The translations under genes were made by a program, and so were the position numbers. From Tagaea sp. (GTDB taxonomy: Bacteria > Pseudomonadota > Alphaproteobacteria > CACIAM-22H2), in assembly GCA_965279525.1 (NCBI GenBank), contig CBDIIB010000005.1, positions 416,001 to 480,000 of the forward strand: a DNA stretch of 64,000 nucleotides, given 5' to 3'. The notes below the pieces were generated by a model. That model made no database searches. It had not been told where the DNA came from and worked only from the letters and a program-made list of their open reading frames with translations. Every line of letters begins with the position of its first letter. Within the stretch, counting starts at the first letter, position 1. Shown here piece by piece: positions 31,216 to 41,082 of the stretch.

Positions 31216-32949
31216 TCAGCCGGCGCGCAGGCGGGGGCCTGCACCGACTCCGGACGCCCAGTTGGCAAAACCGACGACGGCGAACGTGACGATCAGCATC
31301 GTCACGCCGATCACGGCGATCGCGCCGAGATTTCCGCTTTCGTTGAGGTCGTAGATGACGACCGACAAAACTTTCGTGCTCGACGAAGCGAGCATCACCG
31401 CGGCCGAGAGCTCGCGCACGACGCCGATGAAGATCAGGCACCAGCCGGCGATCACGCCGCTCTTCAGCAGCGGTGCGGTGATCCGCCACAGCGTGGCAAG
31501 CCGGTCGGCGCCCAGGATGCGCGATGCCTCTTCCAGTTCGGGATGCAGGCCGCGGAACGACGCCCGCATCTGCTGGAACGCGGCGGGCAGTTCGATCGTC
31601 AGGTACGCCAGGAACAGGATCCACAGCGTGCCGTAGAGCACGACTGGCCCGCGCGTGTAGGCAAGGAACAGCCCCACGCCGAGCACGATGCCCGGAATCG
31701 CGATCGGCGCCGTGGCGAGGAACTCGAGCGCGCGGCCGCCGAAGGTCGGTCGGCGTGCGGCCAGATAGGCGATCACCAGCGCCAGCACGGCGCCGGCCGT
31801 TGCCGTCGCGGCCGCCAGGATGAACGTGTTCGAGAAAGCGCGGCGCGTCTGCGAGAACTCGATGAACACGAACGTGAAATTCTCGATCGTGATGTTGTTG
31901 GGGTCGAACGGGCCGGATGGCACCCGGCTGATCGCCGCCTTGATGAGCGCGCCGTAAGGAAGGAACAGCGGCAACGCCAGTGCCGCGATGACCAGGGCGA
32001 AGACCGGCCAGCGCCAGGCCCCAAGCGGCATCAGGCGCGGCTCGCCGCTCTTTCCGCCCAGCACGGCGAAGCCTCGACGACCCAGGATGCGCGCCTGCAG
32101 CCAAAGCAGCATGACCGTGACGATCAGCAGCGGCAATGCGGCCGCCGCGGCGATCTGAGGCTTGGGCGGGAACTGGAACAGCGAATAGATCTTGGTCGTG
32201 ACGGTGTGGAAACCCGCCGGGATCGCGAGGATCGCGGGCGAGCCGAACAGCGTCATCGCCTGGAGGAAGGCCACGAGCGCGCCGGCCAGCAACGCCGGCA
32301 GCACGAGCGGCAGCGTGACGCCGGTGACGACCTTCCACCGCCCGGCACCGAGGATGCCGGCGGCGTCCTCGAGATCGGCGGGGATCCGGTCGAGCGCGTT
32401 CGTCAGGACGACGAAGACGTAAGGGGCCGTGTAGCAGGAGATGACGAAGACCAGCCCCGGAAAGCTGTAGATGTTGAAAAGCGCGTCGCCCGAGCCGGTC
32501 ACCTCGCGCCACAGCTTGTTGAGGATGCCGCTGTTGGGTGCGGCAAGGATTTCCCAGGCGATGGCACCGAGGAACGGCGGCGTGACGAAGCTCGCCGTCA
32601 TCAGCATGCGCACGGTGCGCCGGCCCGGAAGGTCGGTGCGCGCGACGACCCAGGCCAGCGGGGCGGCGGCAAGGGCTGCGAACGTGGCGACGAGAAAGGA
32701 AAGGCCGAATGTCGTGAACAAAGGCTGGGAAAGGGTCGGGTCCTCGATCAGCGCCCGGAAGTTCGCCAGCGTGAAGTCGCCGGCACGGTCGCTGAACGCA
32801 TAGGCCGCCAGCCATGCGATCGGCAGGCCGATCAGGGCGGCGAGGAACAGCCCGGTCGCGGCGAGGACCGGACCCGAAAGGTCCAGTCCTGCCGGCGACC
32901 GGCCGCGTCCCGCATCGACCGCGAGTGTGGCCGACACGGGATTCGTCAC
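31216..32949 (-). CDS. ABC transporter permease (FbpB-like, two EAA repeats)
   Basis: LEDAAGILGA and LEEASRILGA; start approximate (GTGA overlap). Confidence 0.88.
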   Translation of the reverse strand: MTNPVSATLAVDAGRGRSPAGLDLSGPVLAATGLFLAALIGLPIAWLAAYAFSDRAGDFTLANFRALIEDPTLSQPLFTTFGLSFLVATFAALAAAPLAWVVARTDLPGRRTVRMLMTASFVTPPFLGAIAWEILAAPNSGILNKLWREVTGSGDALFNIYSFPGLVFVISCYTAPYVFVVLTNALDRIPADLEDAAGILGAGRWKVVTGVTLPLVLPALLAGALVAFLQAMTLFGSPAILAIPAGFHTVTTKIYSLFQFPPKPQIAAAAALPLLIVTVMLLWLQARILGRRGFAVLGGKSGEPRLMPLGAWRWPVFALVIAALALPLFLPYGALIKAAISRVPSGPFDPNNITIENFTFVFIEFSQTRRAFSNTFILAAATATAGAVLALVIAYLAARRPTFGGRALEFLATAPIAIPGIVLGVGLFLAYTRGPVVLYGTLWILFLAYLTIELPAAFQQMRASFRGLHPELEEASRILGADRLATLWRITAPLLKSGVIAGWCLIFIGVVRELSAAVMLASSSTKVLSVVIYDLNESGNLGAIAVIGVTMLIVTFAVVGFANWASGVGAGPRLRAG

Positions 32950-33983
32950 GTCTTGAAGAAGCGCAGGTAGTTGCGCTTGATCTCTTCGACCTGCTTGTCG
33001 ACCGCGGCAGGATCGTCCTTCATCAGCTTGATCTGCGACAGCGGCTTGCGATCGGCCGGCTCCTTGACGCCGGGATGGAACGAGCGCAGCCCGCCCACGT
33101 CGACGGCAAGCTGCTGGGCTTCCTGCGAGAACGTCCAGGCGTGGAAGAGACGCGCGGCGTTCGGGTTCTTGGCGTTCTTCATGACGCCCGAGGGCCCGAT
33201 GACGAGCGGCGTGCCTTCCGTCGGATAGACGATCTCGATGGGCGCCTTGCGGGCCTTCTCGAGGAACACGTTGTACTCGTTGCCGTCGGCCATCACCGGA
33301 CGCTCGCCGGCAATCACCTTGCGCGGCGGCTCGGTCGACGACTGGACCTGCATGACCTGCTGGCCGGCCAGCTTCTCGAGATAGTCCCAGCCGATGTCGC
33401 GGCTGATCTGGAACGTCGCCGTCAGGATCGTGCCGGAGTAGCCCGGATGCGCCTTGACGAGCTTGCCCTTCCACTTGGCGTCGAGAAGGTCCTTGAAGCT
33501 CTTCGGCGCGTCGGCGGCCGTCACCAGAGTCGTGTTGTAGGCGATGACGCTGAGGCTGGCGCGCATCGGAGCGAAAAAGCCTTCGGTGTCGAACGAGCCT
33601 GCCGGGTAGCGCTGGCTCACTTCCTCGGGCAGGGCGGCCGCAAGCCAGCCTTCGCGCTTCCAGTAGATGAAGTGCGCCGCATCCGAACTGTTGACCGTGT
33701 CGACGTTGTAGATCCGGCTCGAATATTCCTGGCCGATCTTCGAAAACTGGCGCTCGGCGCCGTTGCGCTCGACCTGGACCTTGACGCCCGGATAGCGCTT
33801 CTCGAACGCCTTGGCGAGATCCTCGGCCACCTTCACGTCGATCGACGTGTAGTAGACGACGTTGCCTTCCTTGCGGGCGGCAGCCTCGAGTTCGGGCGTG
33901 ATCTTGTAGATCGGGCTCTGCGCCGCGGCCCCGGTCGCGAGCAGCGCGAATGCCGCAAGCGATGTCAGCAATCTGGCTTTCAT
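32946..33983 (-). CDS. ABC substrate-binding protein (AfuA/FbpA-like)
   Basis: Signal peptide, AARKEG.VVYYTS, FEKRYPG, KNPNAARLF. Confidence 0.88.
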   Translation of the reverse strand: MKARLLTSLAAFALLATGAAAQSPIYKITPELEAAARKEGNVVYYTSIDVKVAEDLAKAFEKRYPGVKVQVERNGAERQFSKIGQEYSSRIYNVDTVNSSDAAHFIYWKREGWLAAALPEEVSQRYPAGSFDTEGFFAPMRASLSVIAYNTTLVTAADAPKSFKDLLDAKWKGKLVKAHPGYSGTILTATFQISRDIGWDYLEKLAGQQVMQVQSSTEPPRKVIAGERPVMADGNEYNVFLEKARKAPIEIVYPTEGTPLVIGPSGVMKNAKNPNAARLFHAWTFSQEAQQLAVDVGGLRSFHPGVKEPADRKPLSQIKLMKDDPAAVDKQVEEIKRNYLRFFKT

Positions 33984-34021
33984 GGGTTTCCTCCGTTTTG
34001 TGTTTTGTTTTTCGTCGTGCG

Positions 34022-35074
34022 TCAGATCAGGACCGGTCGGCACCGGTCGGGCGGCAGCGCCACCCAGACCTTTGCGTCCGCCGGAATCGCGAGATCGGGG
34101 GGTGCCGACGCCCGCAATGTCGTGCCGTCGGCAAGTGCCAGCGAAAGGTCGCGTGTCGAGCCGAGGAAGGTCTGGCGCGTCACCGTCGCCGGCAGCGCGT
34201 CCTGCGTCTGGCGGGCACTGACGCCGATCTCGTGGAAGCGGATCGACATGGCACCGGCGGCACCGGCGGCAAACAGCGGCTCCGCGCAGCGCACGATGCC
34301 GGCGCCGATATCGAGCCGGCTCGCATCCACCGCCTTGCCGGATAGGATGTTGGCGCCGCCGAGGAACGTGGCGACGAAGCCCGAGCGCGGTCGGGAATAG
34401 ATCTCTTCGGGCGAGCCGGCCTGCTCGATGCGGCCCTGGTTCATCACGACGATCAGGTCGGCGGCGGTCATCGCCTCGGCCTGGTCGTGCGTGACATAGA
34501 CGGTCGTATAGCGGAACTCGTCGTGCAGCCGGCGCACCTCGAAGCGCATCTCCTCGCGAAGTGCGGCGTCGAGATTGGACAGCGGCTCGTCGAGCAGAAG
34601 GATCTCCGGCTCGACCACCAGAGCGCGCGCCAGCGCCACGCGCTGCTGCTGGCCGCCGGAAAGTTCGCCGGGATAGCGTGCGGCCAGATGCTCGAGCTTG
34701 ACGGCCCCGAGCATCTTCGCGACGCGTTTTGCGATCTCCGCCTTGTCGAACTTGCGCAGCGCCAGGCCGTAGGCGACGTTCTCGAAGATCGTCATGTGCG
34801 GCCACAGCGCATAGGACTGGAAGATCATCGACATGCCGCGCCGTTCGGGCGGCAGCGCGTTGCCGGGGCGCGAAAGTTCGCGCCCGCCGACATGCACGGT
34901 TCCCGCTGACGGCTCCATGAAACCCGCGACCAGCCGCAGCGTCGTCGTCTTGCCGCAGCCGGACGGCCCGAGCAGGCAGACGAGTTGGCCCTGTGCCACC
35001 GACAGGTCGATCGAGTCGAGCACGGTCTGCGTGCCGTACTGCTTGGTCAGCCCGTTGAGAACGAGATGGCTCAC
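34022..35074 (-). CDS. ABC transporter ATP-binding protein (PotA/FbpC-like)
   Basis: GPSGCGKT, LSGGQQQR, LLDEP, TOBE-like C-terminus. Confidence 0.93.
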   Translation of the reverse strand: MSHLVLNGLTKQYGTQTVLDSIDLSVAQGQLVCLLGPSGCGKTTTLRLVAGFMEPSAGTVHVGGRELSRPGNALPPERRGMSMIFQSYALWPHMTIFENVAYGLALRKFDKAEIAKRVAKMLGAVKLEHLAARYPGELSGGQQQRVALARALVVEPEILLLDEPLSNLDAALREEMRFEVRRLHDEFRYTTVYVTHDQAEAMTAADLIVVMNQGRIEQAGSPEEIYSRPRSGFVATFLGGANILSGKAVDASRLDIGAGIVRCAEPLFAAGAAGAMSIRFHEIGVSARQTQDALPATVTRQTFLGSTRDLSLALADGTTLRASAPPDLAIPADAKVWVALPPDRCRPVLI

Positions 35075-35760
35075 GCGACCTCCGTATCCGAAGCACCCGG
35101 CCCGCGCGCACGCCGCCGCTGATCGCCTGCACTGACATGCGCCCGCATCGCGGCTGCAGCGGCATCGACGTCGCGCGCGGCGAGCGCTTCGACGATGTTG
35201 CGGTGCTCGATGTTCGAAACGGCGAGCCCGCCGCCGCGCAGCAGCCCGTTGCGCCGGACGGTGTGCAACTCGTTCGTCAGCCGGCCGTACATGTCGAGCA
35301 GGCGGCCGTTACCGGCCATCTCGAAGATGCGGCGGTGGAACTTGAGGTTGAGCGGAAAGTAGCGGTGGAATGCCGCCGGATCGAGATAGTGATCGAGTTC
35401 GTCGACATAGGCGCGCAGTTCGCCCACTTCCTCCCGGGTGATGCGCGGAGCGAGCAACGCCCCGGCGAGACCCTCGAGCTGTTCGCGCACGACGTACATC
35501 TCGCGCGCCTCGGCCTCGCTCACCACGCGCACGAAGGCGCCGCGGTTCTTCTCGATGCGAACGAGTCCGACCGCCTCGAGGGCGCGCAGCGCCTCGCGCA
35601 CCGACGAACGCCCCACGCCCAGGCGGGCCGCGATCGCGACTTCCTTGATCTGCTGGCCGGAGTCGAGTTCGCCGGCAAGGATGAGGCGCATCACCTCGGC
35701 CTCGACGAGGGTCGAAAGCGAAGTGGTCCGAACGAGGGCGATCGCGGCGGGGGCGTCCAT
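35071..35760 (-). CDS. GntR family regulator (FCD domain)
   Basis: LGVGRSSVREAL HTH; N..FH, EH..I..AL, MRAH. Confidence 0.9.
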   Translation of the reverse strand: MDAPAAIALVRTTSLSTLVEAEVMRLILAGELDSGQQIKEVAIAARLGVGRSSVREALRALEAVGLVRIEKNRGAFVRVVSEAEAREMYVVREQLEGLAGALLAPRITREEVGELRAYVDELDHYLDPAAFHRYFPLNLKFHRRIFEMAGNGRLLDMYGRLTNELHTVRRNGLLRGGGLAVSNIEHRNIVEALAARDVDAAAAAMRAHVSAGDQRRRARGPGASDTEVA

Positions 35761-35768
35761 GCGTGACC

Positions 35769-36554
35769 TCAGGTTCCGGTGAACTGCGGCTTGCGCTTCT
35801 CCATGAAGGCCTTGCGGCCTTCCTTGTAGTCGCTGCTGGCGAAGCAGGCGGCGACCATCGCGTCACACTTGGCGATGTCCTGCTTGTCGGGATCCTTCAG
35901 CACCTCGATCGTGCTCTGCTTGATCGTGGCGATCGTCATCGGCGCGTTGTCGGCGATCGTGTTGGCGACGTCCATCACCGTCGTTTCGAGCGCGTCGTCG
36001 GCAATCACGCGATTGACGATGTTCCAGCGCAGCGCTTCGGCACTGGAGAGCTGGCGCGCGGTATAGAAGATTTCCTTGGTCGCGACGGGGCCGATCGTCT
36101 CGATGTAGCGGCGCAGGCCCTTGTAGCCGTAGCCGAGCCCGAGCTTGGCCGCGGGAAGCGCGAACTTCGAGCCTTCAGTCGAGAAGCGCATGTCGCAGCA
36201 GATCGCGAGGTTGAGCCCGCCGCCGATGCAGTAGCCGCGGATCATCGCGATGGTCGGCTTGGGCATCTGGTAGATGCGCATGTAGACCTTCTCGACGAGC
36301 GCATTGTATTTCTGCGCCGCTTCTTCGGAGGCGCGCTCGCTCTCGAACTTCGAGATGTCGGCACCCGACACGAACGCCTTGCCCCCCGCTCCCGTCAGCA
36401 CGATCACGCGCACGTCGGGATCGGCGAGGAATCCGTCGAGGATCTTTTCGGCGGTTTCCCACATCTCGAAGGACACGGCGTTGTGCTTCTCGGGATTGTT
36501 GAAGGTCATGATCCCGACACGGCCTTCCTTGCGGGACAGCATCTTCTCGGTCAT
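35769..36554 (-). CDS. Enoyl-CoA hydratase/isomerase
   Basis: FVSGADISKF, YCIGGG, PAAKLGLGY, DYKEGRKAFMEKRKP. Confidence 0.9.
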   Translation of the reverse strand: MTEKMLSRKEGRVGIMTFNNPEKHNAVSFEMWETAEKILDGFLADPDVRVIVLTGAGGKAFVSGADISKFESERASEEAAQKYNALVEKVYMRIYQMPKPTIAMIRGYCIGGGLNLAICCDMRFSTEGSKFALPAAKLGLGYGYKGLRRYIETIGPVATKEIFYTARQLSSAEALRWNIVNRVIADDALETTVMDVANTIADNAPMTIATIKQSTIEVLKDPDKQDIAKCDAMVAACFASSDYKEGRKAFMEKRKPQFTGT

Positions 36555-36568
36555 ACGCGTCGTCTCCT

Positions 36569-37753
36569 TCAGATCGTTCCGGCGGCCCTGAGGGCCGCGA
36601 TCTCGTCCTTGCCTAGCCCGAATTCGGACAGGATCTCGTCGTTCTGCGCTCCGCGCGCCGGCGGCGGACCGGCGAGACGGCTGGGCGTGCGGCTCATCGC
36701 GAAAGGCTGGCCCATAAGCCTGTAATCGGCACCGGCGACGCTCTGCGCCACGCCGAGATGCCCGACCTGCGGGTCGGCGAACATCTGGTCGATCGCGTAG
36801 ATCGGCCCGCACGGCACGCCGGCGGCATTGAGCTTCTCGACCCAGTCGGCAGACGTTTCCTTCGCGAAGATTGCCTGCAATTCCTCGTTCAGCTTCTCGC
36901 GGTTCTGCGAACGCAGCGACATCTTCGCGTATTCGGGCCGCGCGATCAGGTCCTCGGCACCCAGCGCCTTGGCGCAGCGCTCCCAGATCGCCTGGCCAGT
37001 CGTGGCGAGATTGAGATAGCCGTCCTTCGTCTTGAACACGCCGGTCGGGATGCTGGTGGGGTGGTTGTTGCCGGCCTGCTTGGCGACCTCGCCCTTCACC
37101 AGATAGCGCGCGGCCTGGAAGTCGAGCATGAAGGCCTGCGCCTGCAGGAGCGACGTCTGCACCCACTGCCCCTCGCCCGACACCTCGCGTTCCAGAAGTG
37201 CCGTGAGGATGCCCATCGCGCAGAACAGCCCGGCCGTCAGGTCGGCCAGCGGGATGCCGACACGGACAGGACCCTGGCCCGGCAGGCCAGTCACCGACAT
37301 GAGACCGCCCATGCCCTGCGCGATCTGGTCGAAGCCCGGGCGCTTGGCATAAGGGCCGTCCTGCCCGAAACCGGAGATGCTGCCGTAGACGATGCGCGGA
37401 TTGATCTTCTTGAGGTCGGCATAGGAGATGCCGAGCCGGTCCTTCACGTCGGGCCGGAAATTCTCGACCACCACATCGGCCTTAGCGACCAGCTTGCGGA
37501 ACAGTGCCACGCCTTCGGGCGACTTCAGGTTCAGCGTCAGTGACCGCTTATTGCGGTGGAGATTCATGAAGTCCGCGCCATCGCGCGGCCCGCCCATCGG
37601 GTCGGCCTCTTCGAGATGTTCGGGCATCTCGATCTTGATGACGTTGGCGCCCCAGTCGGCGAGCTGGCGCACGCAGGTGGGACCCGAGCGGACACGCGTG
37701 AGGTCGAGAACGGTGAAGCGCTTGAGCGCCGTCGAGGCCTGCGGAGCGGGCAT
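36569..37753 (-). CDS. Family III CoA transferase (CaiB/BaiF)
   Basis: GANVIKIE, RNKRSLTLNLK, ENFRP, GFGQDGPY, GFDQIAQGMGG, ADLTAG. Confidence 0.92.
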   Translation of the reverse strand: MPAPQASTALKRFTVLDLTRVRSGPTCVRQLADWGANVIKIEMPEHLEEADPMGGPRDGADFMNLHRNKRSLTLNLKSPEGVALFRKLVAKADVVVENFRPDVKDRLGISYADLKKINPRIVYGSISGFGQDGPYAKRPGFDQIAQGMGGLMSVTGLPGQGPVRVGIPLADLTAGLFCAMGILTALLEREVSGEGQWVQTSLLQAQAFMLDFQAARYLVKGEVAKQAGNNHPTSIPTGVFKTKDGYLNLATTGQAIWERCAKALGAEDLIARPEYAKMSLRSQNREKLNEELQAIFAKETSADWVEKLNAAGVPCGPIYAIDQMFADPQVGHLGVAQSVAGADYRLMGQPFAMSRTPSRLAGPPPARGAQNDEILSEFGLGKDEIAALRAAGTI

Positions 37754-37820
37754 GTGCGAGCGAATCTCCCGAGTTCCGGACGCTTGTGGTCCGTTCGTAT
37801 GTCCGCGACCGTGATGTCGA

Positions 37821-37830
37821 TTGTCGACAA
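37821..37830. promoter_or_regulatory. Palindrome TTGTCGACAA, candidate GntR/FCD operator
   Basis: Perfect 10-bp palindrome ~70 bp upstream of an operon that encodes its own GntR. Confidence 0.55.
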
Positions 37831-38006
37831 AGTCAATCGGGATATGCCGAATTTTCTGGCAAACATGCCGATCCGCCGCAAGTCCGTCACGGATATGCTT
37901 AACCAACGGGCAACTTGGTTCGTTACCCGACGCGACTCCCCTTTTGGCTGGACCGGCACTAGTCTTTTTCCATCGCATTCCGTTTTGCTCGGGAAGGAGA
38001 CGGGAA

Positions 38007-38456
38007 ATGGCTGTCCTGACAATCAATGGGAAGACTTACGACGCCGCAGCCGATCCCGAGACGCCGCTCCTGTGGGTCCTGCGCGACACGCTCGGCCTGA
38101 CAGGCACCAAATACGGCTGCGGCATCGCGCAGTGCGGATCCTGCACCGTGCATATCGACGGCGTTCCGACACGATCGTGCTCCGTGCAGCTGGGATCCGT
38201 CGGCGACGGCAAGATCACCACGATCGAAGGCCTCGCCGCCAACGGCATGCTGCACAAGGTGCAGAAGGCCTGGCTCGACAACGACGTTCCGCAATGCGGC
38301 TACTGCCAGAGCGGCATGATCATGGCTGCCGCCGCCCTGCTCGCCGAAAAGCCCAATCCGACCGACGACGACATCGACGCGGCGATGACGAACATCTGTC
38401 GCTGCGGCACCTACCAGCAAGTGCGCGCGGCGATCCACGCCGCCGCCAAGGCCTGA
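38007..38456 (+). CDS. (2Fe-2S)-binding subunit, IorA-type
   Basis: [32 protein letters not shown]. Confidence 0.93.
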   Translation: MAVLTINGKTYDAAADPETPLLWVLRDTLGLTGTKYGCGIAQCGSCTVHIDGVPTRSCSVQLGSVGDGKITTIEGLAANGMLHKVQKAWLDNDVPQCGYCQSGMIMAAAALLAEKPNPTDDDIDAAMTNICRCGTYQQVRAAIHAAAKA

Positions 38457-38470
38457 GGGAGGAACGCGCC

Positions 38471-40630
38471 ATGACAGCGATCGCTTCGATGGACCGCCGC
38501 TCGTTCCTTGTCTCCGCCGCAGCCGGCGGCCTCTCGCTCGGCTTCGGCATCCCGTTCGGCAAGGCAGACGCCCAGGTTGCCGGTGCCGTGCGCGAAATCA
38601 ACGCCTGGGTCGTCATCCACCCCGACGACCGCGTCGTGATCCGCATCGCGCGCTCGGAAATGGGCCAGGGCACGCTCACGGGTCTCGCCCAGCTCGTCGC
38701 CGAGGAACTGGAATGCGACTGGTCGAAAGTATCGACCGAATTTCCCACGCCGGGCCAGAACGTCGCGCGCAACCGCGTGTGGCGCAACTTCTCGACCGGC
38801 GGCAGCCGCGGCATCCGCGAATCGCACGAATACGTGCGCCAGGGTGGTGCCGCCGCACGCATGATGCTGGTCGAGGCCGCAGCCAAGCGCTGGAACGTTC
38901 CGTCCGGCGAGTGCGCTGCCGCCAACAGCGTCATCCGGCACGCGGCCAGCAATCGGACTGTCACTTACGGTGCCGTTGCCGCAGAAGCCGCCCAGCTCCA
39001 GCCGCCCGCGACGGTCGCCCTCAAGGACATCAAGGACTGGAAGATTGCCGGCAAGGGCGTGAAGCGCCTCGACACCGCCGAGAAGCTGAACGGCAGCCTC
39101 GTCTACGGGATCGACTTGCGGCTTCCCAACATGCTGACGGCGACGATCCGCCAGTGTCCGGTGGCCGGCGGCAAGCTAAAGAGCTTCGACGCCGCGAAGG
39201 TCGAGAAGATGCCGGGCGTTCGCAAGGTCGTCGCGGTCGACGGGAACGCCGTCGCGGTCATCGCCGACAGCTACTGGCAGGCGCACAAGGCGATCGACGA
39301 ACTGCCGGTCGACTGGGATCTTGGGCCTGGCGCCAAGACGTCCAGCGCCACGATCGACGCGATGCTGGCCGAAGGCCTGACGGCCGAGAATGCTTTCATC
39401 GGCACGAAGATCGGCGATGCCAAAGTCGCACTCGCCGGGGCCGCCAAGACCGTCGAGGCCGTCTATTCGTATCCCTACCAGAACCACGCGCCGATGGAGC
39501 CGATGAACGCTACGGCGCTCTACACGGCCGATCGCTGCGAAGTCTGGGCACCGACGCAGAACGGCGAGGCGGCCCTTGCGGCGGCGGCCGAGGCCGCCGA
39601 GCTGCCGGTCGCCAAATGCGACGTGCACAAGATGATGCTGGGCGGCGGTTTCGGCCGTCGCGGCCGGTCGGACTTTGTCCGCCAGGCCGTGCTGATCGCC
39701 CGGCAGATGCCCGGCGCGCCGGTGAAGCTCGTCTGGTCGCGCGAAGAGGACATGATGCACTGCGCGTTCCATCCGGTGACGCAGTGCAAGCTGACCGGCG
39801 GGCTTGACGCCGCAGGCAATCTCACCGGCCTGCACATGCGCATCTCCGGCCAGTCGATCCTCGCCTCGTTGCTCCCTCAGAACCTGCAGAACGGCATGGA
39901 CCCGGTCGTGTTCCAGGGTCTCAACGCCGGCGGTGCCGAAGGCCAGTTCGGCTACGACATCCCGAACCTGCTGGTCGACCACGCCATGCGAAATCCGCAC
40001 GTGCTGGCCGGCTTCTGGCGCGGGGTAAATCTCAACCAGAACGCCATCTACGTCGAATGCTTCATGGACGAGCTGGCGCGCGCGGCGGGCCAGGACCCGC
40101 TGGAGTTCCGGCGCAAATACCTGAAGCCCAAGCACCGCGCGGTGCTCGAGGCGGCGGCGGCAGGGGCCGGCTACGGAAAGGCGGCCCCCGGCGTACATCA
40201 CGGCCTTGCCCAGATCATGGGGTTCGGCAGCTACGTTGCGGCGTGCGCGGAAGTCTCGGTCACCAACGGCAAGCTCAAGATCCATCGCATCGTCGCGGCG
40301 ACGGATCCGGGCGTGGTCGTCAATCCGGCCCAGATCGAGCGTCAGGTGTCCGGCTCGTTCGTCTACGGCCTGTCGGCCGCACTCCACGGCCAGTGCACGG
40401 TCAAGGACGGCGTCATCGAGCAGACGAACTTCGACACATATCCGGTGCTACGCATGGACGAGATGCCGAAAGTCGAGACGATCCTGGTTCCCTCGGGTGG
40501 CTTCTGGGGCGGCGTGGGCGAACCGACGATCGGCGTGGCGGCACCCGCGGTGCTCAACGCGATCTTCGCCGCGACCGGCAAGCGCATCCGGTCGCTGCCG
40601 GTGTCCAAGCACGACCTGAAGACCGTGTGA
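38471..40630 (+). CDS. Molybdopterin-binding subunit, IorB-type (xanthine oxidase family), Tat signal
   Basis: DRRSFL, SEMGQG, TGGS, APMEP, LGGGFGRR, GFWRGV, GGVGEP. Confidence 0.92.
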   Translation: MTAIASMDRRSFLVSAAAGGLSLGFGIPFGKADAQVAGAVREINAWVVIHPDDRVVIRIARSEMGQGTLTGLAQLVAEELECDWSKVSTEFPTPGQNVARNRVWRNFSTGGSRGIRESHEYVRQGGAAARMMLVEAAAKRWNVPSGECAAANSVIRHAASNRTVTYGAVAAEAAQLQPPATVALKDIKDWKIAGKGVKRLDTAEKLNGSLVYGIDLRLPNMLTATIRQCPVAGGKLKSFDAAKVEKMPGVRKVVAVDGNAVAVIADSYWQAHKAIDELPVDWDLGPGAKTSSATIDAMLAEGLTAENAFIGTKIGDAKVALAGAAKTVEAVYSYPYQNHAPMEPMNATALYTADRCEVWAPTQNGEAALAAAAEAAELPVAKCDVHKMMLGGGFGRRGRSDFVRQAVLIARQMPGAPVKLVWSREEDMMHCAFHPVTQCKLTGGLDAAGNLTGLHMRISGQSILASLLPQNLQNGMDPVVFQGLNAGGAEGQFGYDIPNLLVDHAMRNPHVLAGFWRGVNLNQNAIYVECFMDELARAAGQDPLEFRRKYLKPKHRAVLEAAAAGAGYGKAAPGVHHGLAQIMGFGSYVAACAEVSVTNGKLKIHRIVAATDPGVVVNPAQIERQVSGSFVYGLSAALHGQCTVKDGVIEQTNFDTYPVLRMDEMPKVETILVPSGGFWGGVGEPTIGVAAPAVLNAIFAATGKRIRSLPVSKHDLKTV

Positions 40631-40632
40631 CG

Positions 40633-41082
40633 ATGAAAGGCCTCCTGCGGCTGGCGGCGGCGATCGTTTTCGCCGCCGCGCCTGCATCCGCCGGCAGCTA
40701 TGTCGTGACCGGCGACGCGATCGAACTGCCGCTCGAAGGCGCGGTCGGCGATGCAGCACGCGGGCGGGCGATCGTCGCGAACCGGACCGTCGGCCTCTGC
40801 CTGCTCTGCCATTCGGGCCCGTTCCCCGAGGAGCGCTTCCAGGGAAATCTGGCCCCGCCGCTGGACGGTGCCGGTGCACGCTGGAATGCCGGCCAACTGC
40901 GCCTGCGGCTCGTCGAGCCGGCGCGCGTTTCGCCCGACAGCCCGATGCCGGCCTATTTCCGGACCGACGGGCTCAAGCGCGTGGCGTCCGCTTTTTCCGG
41001 AAAGCCGCTCCTCACGGCCGCACAGATCGAGGATGTCGTGGCATACTTGGTGACGTTGCGCGAACCGGGAGCCCCGAGATGA
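40633..41082 (+). CDS. soxX: SoxX-like monoheme cytochrome c
   Basis: GDAARGRAIV, CLLCH, GNLAPPL, SPMPAY, IEDVVAYL. Confidence 0.88.
   Translation: MKGLLRLAAAIVFAAAPASAGSYVVTGDAIELPLEGAVGDAARGRAIVANRTVGLCLLCHSGPFPEERFQGNLAPPLDGAGARWNAGQLRLRLVEPARVSPDSPMPAYFRTDGLKRVASAFSGKPLLTAAQIEDVVAYLVTLREPGAPR

Noticed and set aside
27002-40630. Apparent giant ORFs (965, 860, 739, 1024 aa) as fusion proteins
   Set aside because: N-terminal portions are off-frame readings of upstream genes; true starts are internal
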